Below, piece after piece: positions 16,976 to 23,842 of a stretch of DNA of 24,832 nucleotides (position 1 is its first letter; every line of letters begins with the position of its first letter). Origin of the DNA: a virus. Taxonomy: Duplodnaviria; Heunggongvirae; Uroviricota; Caudoviricetes. Below the pieces are notes generated by a model, which saw nothing but the letters and a program-made list of their open reading frames with translations, searched no databases and had not been told where the DNA came from. A program made the translations under genes and the position numbers. The stretch lies in the IMG/VR virus record IMGVR_UViG_2737471828_000007. The stretch is one strand, 5' to 3'.

Positions 16976-19733
16976 TTCCACTGGTCAGGCCACCCCGCAG
17001 CAGGTCTGCTTTGCGGCGGGCGCGTTCAGTGGTTTCACTGATTCTCTGTGCGTGCTCTGCGTCGCGGATGGCGCGCAGCATGTCAGAAAGCACGGTAACG
17101 GGTGTTTTCATGGTGTTCTGGTCTTGCTGAAGTGTGGATGCCAGGCGTGCGGCGGCTTCAGGGTCTGATACCCCAAGCTGTTCCAGATAGCTGGCGACCG
17201 GGTTATGGCGGATCTCCGTGCTGCTTACGCCGTGATTACGGCTCAGGCGTTGCCAGAGCTGCGTGATTCGGCTGTCCGGGCGGGTATCCGGTTTGCGTAC
17301 AATTTCAAATCCCTGCGGTGCAATGATGCTGCCGTCAACGTACAGACTGCCGCCCCGTAACAGGTGCTGCATCTGCTGTTCACCGATATGCAGGCCGAGA
17401 GATTCAGCAGACTCCCGCCATTCTTTAGCGAGTAATTCGTAGTTATCAGGCAAAGGCCGCTGCTGTTTGCGGCTCTGTGTCCAGCTCTGCATTTCATCAC
17501 TGCTGTTTTTTGCCTGTTTGTCACGAAGCGAACGCATCAGCGCCCGGCGTTCGTGCCGTTTCAGTGAGCGCATCCATTCGTTCACTTCAACGCCGTCAGG
17601 GAGCTGCGGCCACGGTGCTGGCCGTTCTTTCGGCTGTTCTGTCCCGTTGTTGTCCGTTTCCTGTACACGGGGACAGTTATTGCCACGAGTCCAAGGGGCG
17701 GCAGGGCCGCCCTGAAGGTCAAAACCATTTTCGCGGGCGCTGTCTTCCGCTTCCGGTTTACGTCTTACCAGCTTCCAGTTATCCGGATGCGTGCACACAC
17801 GGGAGGATTCCCCGATGAATGGCGACCAGATCCCGTAAATCTGTACACTCTGTTCGCCGTAATCGTTCAGCTCATCTGCGAGGTCGTAGGCTGTGCGAAT
17901 CAGGTAGTCCTTGCGCGGAACAAGTACGCCACCCTGTTTTTCAATGTAGGTGGCAAAACATCCGGCATCAGCGGCAGCGAGTACCGCATCCATTGCGTCA
18001 TCCTTCAGCCGTTGCGGGCCTTCCGGGTTGCGTGCCATCTGGCTGGCAAGGCGGCGCAGTTCACGCCACACCTGACGGGAGGGGATGCCAAAGAACTGGA
18101 ACTGGCGGACCCGATGAAGGCGCGCCCAGCCGATGGCGCGCTCCACGCTCTCGGCCATTGATTTTCCGGTTTCGTGGTCAACGCGTGGTTTGCCCGTTTT
18201 CGGGTCGATTCCATCCACGGCGCGGCTGTCCAGGTTTTTTCCGATGTAGGTGGCGATGTAGCTGGTTGGCGTGCCTTTGGAGCCGTCGACGTACTCCACC
18301 TTAAAGCGCGGAGTAATATCATTGCCCAGCTCGTGGCGGTCTTCCTGAATGGCAATATCGCGGGTGATGGCCACGATGCTGTCGATTTCTTCCGGATGAG
18401 CAAAGACCATCATATGCCAGTGCACGGTGCCGTCATGGTGAGGCTCCACCGTGCGGATGCCATACCAGCGCAGGCCGTCGCGGTTCAGTTTTTTGCGGAC
18501 CGCCGCAAAAAACGTGTTAACCAGGTAATCGCTGGAGTCGCGCATGGTGGCCCCGTTCCATTTGGGATTCGGATGACCGTTCTCTGTTGTGGCGTGGTAT
18601 TTTGACGGGCAGGTGACAGTCAGAAACACCGCTTTGTCGCCACGGGCTTCGGCCAGAAGTTCCAGTCCCTTCATGGTGGCCATCATTTCTGCCTTACGGT
18701 GAACCGGGTTACTTACTCCCGCGTAATACACTGTCTCGAGATCAATCGTGAAACCGTCTTCGTTTTCCAGTTCGAAGCTCTTCAGGAAGTCGCGGGTTTT
18801 CTCGCGCTGTGCGCGAAACTCGCTTAACGCGTCCTGGCTCAGATAGGGTGATGTTTTTCTGGAAACCAGACAGGCGGCGCGGAGTTGTTCTTCTCTCCAC
18901 TCACAACGTAACAGCCACAGTTTGCGTTTCCACCAGTCCGCACAGGTCAGGCGAAGGATTGCGCCCGGCAGCAGTTCCGTATCCGGTTCGCTCTTGTTCA
19001 GGGCTTCGTAATGTGGCGGCATGATGTGCAGGCGTAATGCGATACGAGCCAGCATCCGGTAAGCCTTCAACATTACATCCATGGTCAGCTCGCCATCTCT
19101 GGCACCAAAGCCATCGCAGAGTGTTTCGAAGGTGCTGCTGAACATCGCCGCGGTCATGGTGGCCAGCGTCTGTATCTGGTGCTTGTTGAGCTGCGGCAGG
19201 TAAAGCAAATCGTCCAGGCGTTCGCGCCCGGCAAGGGAGCGATAACCCGGTGTCAGCCAGCGTCCGTCAGTGCGATCCAGACGTTCGAATATTTTGCGCA
19301 GGGTTCCGCGTGCATAGCGTTCCGCCTGCCAGCTCTTTTTGCCTTTCTGGCGATCGGCTTCCTGTTTTTTGCGCAGGAAAGAGAGGTGGTGGCTCAGTGG
19401 TTCACGCAGATAAACAGGTAGTGCCTTTAGTGTGGCAAAGGCACGGGCTACCGGGTCTTGTTCTGTTGCCCGGCGCTTACTGATGATGCTCTGTGCCAGC
19501 TTTTCACGCTGTCCGGCTTCCTCAAGGGATGCCATGAGTTTTTTACCCATGGCGGATTGTGCGAAAAAGGCTTCTTCCTTCGCTCCCTGTTCTTCCTGTG
19601 CCCTTTTGTCCGCCTCAAGGTAGTAACGGATGGCGCGTTGCAGGTCGGTTTCAGTTTCCTGCCTGCGCTCCGTAAATCTGGCCGGATCAATGGCTGGCCG
19701 TGGTTCATTCCAGCTCCATGCAAACTCACTCAT
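16908..19733 (-). CDS. A: Replication initiation endonuclease A (rolling-circle, P2 gpA-like)
   Basis: Track ORF 16908..19760 (GTG first); ATG at 19733 abuts the stop of the upstream gene; conserved HHDGTVHWHMMVF metal-binding region and YIATYIGKN active-site tyrosine region typical of P2 A. Confidence 0.85.
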   Translation of the reverse strand: MSEFAWSWNEPRPAIDPARFTERRQETETDLQRAIRYYLEADKRAQEEQGAKEEAFFAQSAMGKKLMASLEEAGQREKLAQSIISKRRATEQDPVARAFATLKALPVYLREPLSHHLSFLRKKQEADRQKGKKSWQAERYARGTLRKIFERLDRTDGRWLTPGYRSLAGRERLDDLLYLPQLNKHQIQTLATMTAAMFSSTFETLCDGFGARDGELTMDVMLKAYRMLARIALRLHIMPPHYEALNKSEPDTELLPGAILRLTCADWWKRKLWLLRCEWREEQLRAACLVSRKTSPYLSQDALSEFRAQREKTRDFLKSFELENEDGFTIDLETVYYAGVSNPVHRKAEMMATMKGLELLAEARGDKAVFLTVTCPSKYHATTENGHPNPKWNGATMRDSSDYLVNTFFAAVRKKLNRDGLRWYGIRTVEPHHDGTVHWHMMVFAHPEEIDSIVAITRDIAIQEDRHELGNDITPRFKVEYVDGSKGTPTSYIATYIGKNLDSRAVDGIDPKTGKPRVDHETGKSMAESVERAIGWARLHRVRQFQFFGIPSRQVWRELRRLASQMARNPEGPQRLKDDAMDAVLAAADAGCFATYIEKQGGVLVPRKDYLIRTAYDLADELNDYGEQSVQIYGIWSPFIGESSRVCTHPDNWKLVRRKPEAEDSARENGFDLQGGPAAPWTRGNNCPRVQETDNNGTEQPKERPAPWPQLPDGVEVNEWMRSLKRHERRALMRSLRDKQAKNSSDEMQSWTQSRKQQRPLPDNYELLAKEWRESAESLGLHIGEQQMQHLLRGGSLYVDGSIIAPQGFEIVRKPDTRPDSRITQLWQRLSRNHGVSSTEIRHNPVASYLEQLGVSDPEAAARLASTLQQDQNTMKTPVTVLSDMLRAIRDAEHAQRISETTERARRKADLLRGGLTSGNKKQTKTGFTNPVNEQKTRRDI

Positions 19734-20119
19734 GGCTGGTATCCCGTCACGCGCTGCCACTCCTGCGAGAAGATGGCGGAAAGGCGGTTAAATTCAGCGG
19801 TGTATTCACTCAGCGAGGCACACCCGCCAGCAGTGCGATGCGCCAGCATTGCCGCAAATACGGAGGCCGGGGAGTCATAATACGCCAGCAGTGATTCGCC
19901 GTGTGGTGTCAGGCAGTGCAACGCCAGCCCGTGTGGTGTGAAATCCACGCGGTAGCAGTCGTCTACTGTGAAATAAAGGGTGTCCGCATTCTCCGGTTTT
20001 GTGGTGCGTGCTCTGTTGTCACGACCACGGATGTAGAGATCAAATAATCCCTGAAGAATGGGAGCCAGACGGGTGTCCTGTGTGCGCACCCATCTTGTGA
20101 AGTCATGAGCGTCAATCAT
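19730..20119 (-). CDS. Hypothetical early protein (129 aa) immediately upstream of A
   Basis: ATG at 20119; stop abuts the A start; position equivalent to P2 orf82/orf83; no family recognised. Confidence 0.6.
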   Translation of the reverse strand: MIDAHDFTRWVRTQDTRLAPILQGLFDLYIRGRDNRARTTKPENADTLYFTVDDCYRVDFTPHGLALHCLTPHGESLLAYYDSPASVFAAMLAHRTAGGCASLSEYTAEFNRLSAIFSQEWQRVTGYQP

Positions 20120-20191
20120 GCTGCAATTCTCTTTACTACAGGTGTGCGAAGGCCTCCCGCCGCAAGGTGCAGGAAAGGCCTGGAACAGGAA

Positions 20192-20422
20192 TTAATGGAG
20201 TTTGTTTTGCTGCTGAAAGAGCTGCTGAAGCTCGCGCAGATCATCCGCCAGATAGCTGAAAACAGCGGATGAATAGAGGTTTGAAAGTTCGCAGCTACGC
20301 TCATGCAGCATATTGATGTGCATGATTTTAGCGACGCGGAATGCGCGGGAAAGTCTGCGGTTGATTTCAGTCTGGATGTGACGACGCTCCGCGATAGCGC
20401 GGTGCTGTTTGCGGTTTGCCAT
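20192..20422 (-). CDS. Hypothetical small basic protein (76 aa)
   Basis: ATG at 20422; N-terminus Arg/Lys-rich (MANRKQHRAIAERRH...); lies downstream of a predicted terminator and structured non-coding island. Confidence 0.5.
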   Translation of the reverse strand: MANRKQHRAIAERRHIQTEINRRLSRAFRVAKIMHINMLHERSCELSNLYSSAVFSYLADDLRELQQLFQQQNKLH

Positions 20423-20439
20423 GGTGTTTGGCCTCTTCG

Positions 20440-20660
20440 TTTGTGAGTTTTTGGATACTCACCAACCAGAGTTGAGAATCTCGGGGTGGCGAGACGTACG
20501 GGGTTCTCAACACCGGCAAACGAAGAAACCGGCCCGACCGAAGTCGGCCCCGTACGCCCCACCATAATTCGTGTGCGAAAAAGACGTGGCAATACAGTAC
20601 GCACAAAAAAACCGCTGGCGCGGTTGTGCGCTTCGTTTGTCAGCAGGTTGAGAATCCCGG
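20440..20660 (-). ncRNA. Candidate structured non-coding element inside the early operon (nested inverted repeats, repeated GTTGAGAATC motif, stable tetraloop hairpin)
   Basis: No credible ORF; GTTGAGAATC at about 20471 and 20648 (direct) and inverted at about 20503; 9-bp inverted repeat CGTACGGGG/CCCCGTACG (about 20495 and 20548) enclosing hairpin GGCCCGAC-CGAA-GTCGGCCC, which reads as a UUCG-loop hairpin on the minus (transcribed) strand. Strand and nature (RNA versus DNA site) not established. Confidence 0.35.
20603..20625 (-). terminator. Intrinsic terminator within the early region (minus strand)
   Basis: Stem AACCGC/GCGGTT with 4-nt loop, followed on the minus strand by T7-8. Confidence 0.6.
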
Positions 20661-20747
20661 CACCCGTTTTATGAGGTGCAGCAGAAATGTAACCTGACTG
20701 ATTGCGGCATGGCAAGCGGTTTTTTTGTGTGTGCATGCTCTGATTTC

Positions 20748-21047
20748 TTACTGGTTCAGAAAAAAATCAAAAACCTTGTCAATGCGTTGCAACAGCTCTT
20801 GCTGTATTGCTTCCGGCGTTTCCGGTTCGCCTGGCGCCTCCAATGTCGCGCAGAAATCAGCGATTTCATGATGGAGCGTCAGGCGAATGGCAGGAGCCGT
20901 GGTTCTGGCGTGCTCCAGCTCATCCAGCAATGCCAGCACCGCAGACGGCGAGAGCATTGCGCGAAATGCCAGTAATTTTTGAGGTGTTGCCATTCGTTGC
21001 AGGGCAAATGCCAGTTCGCGTAGCTTCTGGTGGTTGATGGTGCTCAT
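20748..21047 (-). CDS. Hypothetical early protein (99 aa)
   Basis: ATG with AGGAAG RBS; overlaps the stop of the upstream gene. Confidence 0.6.
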   Translation of the reverse strand: MSTINHQKLRELAFALQRMATPQKLLAFRAMLSPSAVLALLDELEHARTTAPAIRLTLHHEIADFCATLEAPGEPETPEAIQQELLQRIDKVFDFFLNQ

Positions 21048-21310
21048 GTTCTGGCTTCCTTCAGTAGCTGGTTAAACATGTGAGTCAGTGGATTGCTACA
21101 CCCGAACGGCATCGGGTTTACGTGGTAAGAAGCCTGGCCTCCAGTTTTGCGAGCGCGACCACCTGTGCTGCGGTTTGTTCTGATGACTAAGCCGCCGCGC
21201 CAAAGTTGGCGTAACTCAGCATTAATGGCTGTGGTTGGAGTATTCAGTGCTGCTGCGATTTCTCCGCCGCTACAACCCGGATGGGTAGCGATGTAGTCCA
21301 GAATGGTCAT
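21044..21310 (-). CDS. Putative winged-helix DNA-binding protein (88 aa)
   Basis: ILDYIATHPGCSGGEIAAALNTPTTAINAELRQLWRGGLV is a typical helix-turn-helix/wing pattern; ATG at 21310. Confidence 0.6.
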   Translation of the reverse strand: MTILDYIATHPGCSGGEIAAALNTPTTAINAELRQLWRGGLVIRTNRSTGGRARKTGGQASYHVNPMPFGCSNPLTHMFNQLLKEART

Positions 21311-21510
21311 CTGCGTGGCTCCTGTACCTGTCGGATAAGATTCACCCGCGCCACGTTGGTGGCGCAGAAATAAGTGCCGTCAGTGAGGTAGATGTGGTGT
21401 GCATCCTTTTCCGAACGATGTTTGTCGATAGTGGTAATCAGTCGTTCGTCGACCTCGTATTCGCGCCCTCTGGAGGTAAAGCGAACGACGGGAAAATGCT
21501 TAATTGCCAT
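21307..21510 (-). CDS. Hypothetical early protein (67 aa)
   Basis: ATG with GGGGGG RBS; overlaps the start of the downstream gene. Confidence 0.55.
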   Translation of the reverse strand: MAIKHFPVVRFTSRGREYEVDERLITTIDKHRSEKDAHHIYLTDGTYFCATNVARVNLIRQVQEPRR

Positions 21511-21534
21511 TGCGCCCCCCTTTGTCCAGTAACC

Positions 21535-21945
21535 CTATGCGTTAAATACGGTGTGTCGGGCGTCATCAATGAATGCAACTTGAGAGCGCTCTATCAGGCG
21601 GAGATTTGTCAGAAGCGCTGATTCCCTTATGGGGTGAGGAGTGATCAGGTATTTGTCCTGTAATCCGGCAATAATGGTGTATCGCTGTAGCTCCGAGCCA
21701 ATTGTGTAAATAAGGCGTCCGGTGTTAGATAAATCCAGTCCGGTGACTGGTTGAGTTTTGAAAAGCGTAAGTTCCGCACCCTGTTCTTCGATGATTTTGG
21801 CGGCTTCTGCCGTGACTTTTGCGACTATCATTGTGTGGGTCGCGACGTCTATATGATTATTTGCTACGGCTTTTTTCGCTACTTCGCTTTCCATCTTTGA
21901 AATTTCTTTCAGTGCTCTGATGATACCTTCTTCTTTTGCGTGCAT
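21535..21945 (-). CDS. Hypothetical early protein (136 aa)
   Basis: ATG with GGAGA RBS; no family recognised. Confidence 0.6.
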   Translation of the reverse strand: MHAKEEGIIRALKEISKMESEVAKKAVANNHIDVATHTMIVAKVTAEAAKIIEEQGAELTLFKTQPVTGLDLSNTGRLIYTIGSELQRYTIIAGLQDKYLITPHPIRESALLTNLRLIERSQVAFIDDARHTVFNA

Positions 21946-22038
21946 TTTTGTATCTCCGTTATCTGCGTGTGCGAATACCTCCGTTAATACGGATGGTTTT
22001 CACGTTTTCTTATTTAATTTGATGTTTTATTTGTATCG

Positions 22039-22152
22039 TTATTCACCAGTGAAAAAACGTTCAATCTTTTTTACTGAATGAATAATTCGCATAATCCCAA
22101 TGGCGCAGGCCACTGAAATAATCAGAGCAAGCCATGAAATAAATATACTCAT
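22039..22152 (-). CDS. Small hydrophobic peptide (37 aa), below the ORF-track size cutoff
   Basis: ATG overlaps the TGA of the upstream gene (ATGA); translation MSIFISWLALIISVACAIGIMRIIHSVKKIERFFTGE gives one predicted transmembrane helix plus a basic tail. Confidence 0.4.
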   Translation of the reverse strand: MSIFISWLALIISVACAIGIMRIIHSVKKIERFFTGE

Positions 22153-22391
22153 GCGATATTCCCCAGCTTATACGGTTCAATATGTTCCCCGCATTCTGCG
22201 GCACAGATTAGCTCGGAAAGTTCGTTAAGTGCATCCAGATCATCAGCGTAAAAAGCCACGTCATACAGACTCCGGATTGCCCTGGTCAATGAGTCACGGG
22301 CTGCACGTTCAGCATGAGCGCCTGATGCACTTAAGCGAAAATAAAAACGCTCAAGTGCTTTGTTAATGAGAGTTTTATATTCTTTGCCCAT
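22149..22391 (-). CDS. Hypothetical early protein (80 aa)
   Basis: ATG at 22391; in the early operon between cox and A. Confidence 0.55.
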   Translation of the reverse strand: MGKEYKTLINKALERFYFRLSASGAHAERAARDSLTRAIRSLYDVAFYADDLDALNELSELICAAECGEHIEPYKLGNIA

Positions 22392-22402
22392 CGCAACGCC
22401 CT

Positions 22403-22681
22403 TTAATCTGCTTTCTGAATTTCAGCTTCTGAATCCATACAAATAATTTCGATATATGGTTCATCGCCATTAACCTGACGTGCCTTTTCAGCTTCGCTAA
22501 TGATTTCTCGCACGGTCTGGTACGGAAGCTCCACAGTCAAGCGCGTACCGTTCAGATAAACGTAAGTAGCTGCGTTTTTTTCGGATGGAACAACTCCGTC
22601 AATGGCTGATGCGCGTAATAACAGTTCACCGCGAAAATCAATAAAACGGATAAATACACCTTGTGCATGCTCTTTGGTCAT
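22403..22681 (-). CDS. Hypothetical early protein (92 aa)
   Basis: Track ORF 22403..22741; start placed at internal ATG (MTKEHAQGVF...) so it does not overlap the upstream gene. Confidence 0.55.
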   Translation of the reverse strand: MTKEHAQGVFIRFIDFRGELLLRASAIDGVVPSEKNAATYVYLNGTRLTVELPYQTVREIISEAEKARQVNGDEPYIEIICMDSEAEIQKAD

Positions 22682-22691
22682 AAAGCACCTG

Positions 22692-23033
22692 TTATAAATC
22701 AGCCTGTTTAATAAAACTTTGCCCGCGAAGCAGACGATCAACCGTGCGTAGTGCTTCGTATAATGTGAAATCCTGCCCGAACTGATTGTCGCCGCAGCTC
22801 AATGCAAAAATGCGGTTTCCGGTAAACGGATTGCGTGGACATTTGCGGACCACGATTCCAGCTTTCTCAATCAGCCAGGCATGCTCGCCGATTTGTTTTA
22901 CTGGGTAGCCATCCGGCGTTGCGTGTGTATCACTCAGGCTGTAGCGGATGTTGCTGCGTGATGCGCTGGTAGCGAAACGGTTAGCGTGGCGTTCAGCACC
23001 ATTACGAAAGCGTGAATTACGTTGCTGTTTCAT
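22692..23033 (-). CDS. Hypothetical early protein (113 aa), first gene after cox
   Basis: ATG with GGGAG RBS; position equivalent to P2 orf78 / 186 cII, but I see no helix-turn-helix. Confidence 0.6.
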   Translation of the reverse strand: MKQQRNSRFRNGAERHANRFATSASRSNIRYSLSDTHATPDGYPVKQIGEHAWLIEKAGIVVRKCPRNPFTGNRIFALSCGDNQFGQDFTLYEALRTVDRLLRGQSFIKQADL

Positions 23034-23051
23034 ATCAAAACTCCCTGCATC

Positions 23052-23378
23052 TCATGCAGCAAAATTAAGAAAGCCTAATCCCAAATCTTCCGCCAGCTTC
23101 TTAGCTTTATTAAGCCAGTGGTTGCGCCAATCTTTACGCTCAGGAGGAAGCTGTTTCGTTGCGTCATAGACCATTTCGAGCCACTCGTTCCATAAGATGA
23201 GGAGGCGGCGTGAACTTCCTTCCTCGCCTAAAACTTCACGCTCAGTAGCCAGAGGGATGAGCCGACGTTCCACCAACTTTCTTACGGCTGATTCGGTCTT
23301 GCCCGTGCGGCGGGCAAATTCATCGACGGTGATGGGGTCTGGGATCTTAAACAATGCCCTCAATAGTTCTTCATTCAT
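23052..23378 (-). CDS. cox: Cox/Apl-like excision and switch regulator
   Basis: Track ORF 23052..23447; start placed at internal ATG (MNEELLRALFKIPDPITVDEFARRTGKTESAVRKLVER...) with GGGAG RBS; small helix-turn-helix protein divergent from the C repressor. Confidence 0.7.
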   Translation of the reverse strand: MNEELLRALFKIPDPITVDEFARRTGKTESAVRKLVERRLIPLATEREVLGEEGSSRRLLILWNEWLEMVYDATKQLPPERKDWRNHWLNKAKKLAEDLGLGFLNFAA

Positions 23379-23473
23379 GTGATAATCTCCCTGTTTGGGG
23401 TATTTCTTGCGACGGATGCCCCAAATCAAACTCATTTGTATAAACATTAATACAGACGTTGGAGAATTGCAAC
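23379..23473. promoter_or_regulatory. Immunity switch region between cox and C (early and repressor promoters with operators)
   Basis: 95 bp between divergent cox and C starts; 7-bp inverted repeat TTTGGGG-N18-CCCCAAA (about 23394..23425) and palindrome TGTAT-N8-ATACA (about 23437..23454). Confidence 0.6.
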
Positions 23474-23776
23474 ATGCGTATGACTATTGGAGAGCGCATA
23501 AAAATCATGCGTGAAAGCGAGAGACTTACTAGCCTCCCGGATACAGCAAAAATGCTTGGTTTAAACCGTGATGCTCTGTGGAGATATGAAAGCGGTAAAA
23601 CTATCCCTAATGCTGAAGTAATTGAGCAAATACTAAACAACCCCAGATTTGAGAAATATGCGTTGTGGTTTATGACTGGAAAAATTGCGCCTGAATCCGG
23701 GCAGATAGCTCCGGCTCTCGCACACTATGGGCAAGAGCCAACGGACTTACCCCCATCCGAAAGGAAAATTGGTTAA
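23474..23776 (+). CDS. C: Immunity repressor C (P2 C-like)
   Basis: Track ORF 23459..23776; start at ATG 23474 with GGAGA RBS; C-terminal WFMTGKIAPESGQIAPALAHYGQ closely matches the P2 C repressor. Confidence 0.85.
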   Translation: MRMTIGERIKIMRESERLTSLPDTAKMLGLNRDALWRYESGKTIPNAEVIEQILNNPRFEKYALWFMTGKIAPESGQIAPALAHYGQEPTDLPPSERKIG

Positions 23777-23842
23777 CCCTTTATTATTCTTACGTTTTAC
23801 AAACTGGAAATGTCTTTCCTCGTTTCACCGGAGGGCTTGCCA

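Noticed and set aside
17787-18605. Plus-strand ORFs of 124 to 161 aa inside gene A
   Set aside because: Antisense to the conserved A replication gene; Arg/Gly-rich translations; no independent signals.
20484-20564. tRNA-like segment of about 80 nt ending in CCA with an acceptor-like 6 of 7 bp pairing
   Set aside because: No canonical T-arm (the hairpin has a 4-nt loop, not a 7-nt T-loop) and no convincing D-arm or anticodon arm; better explained as part of the structured non-coding island.
20116-20736. 206-aa minus-strand ORF spanning the early-region non-coding island
   Set aside because: Overlaps the better-supported 76-aa ORF and runs through the terminator and inverted repeats; low-complexity translation.
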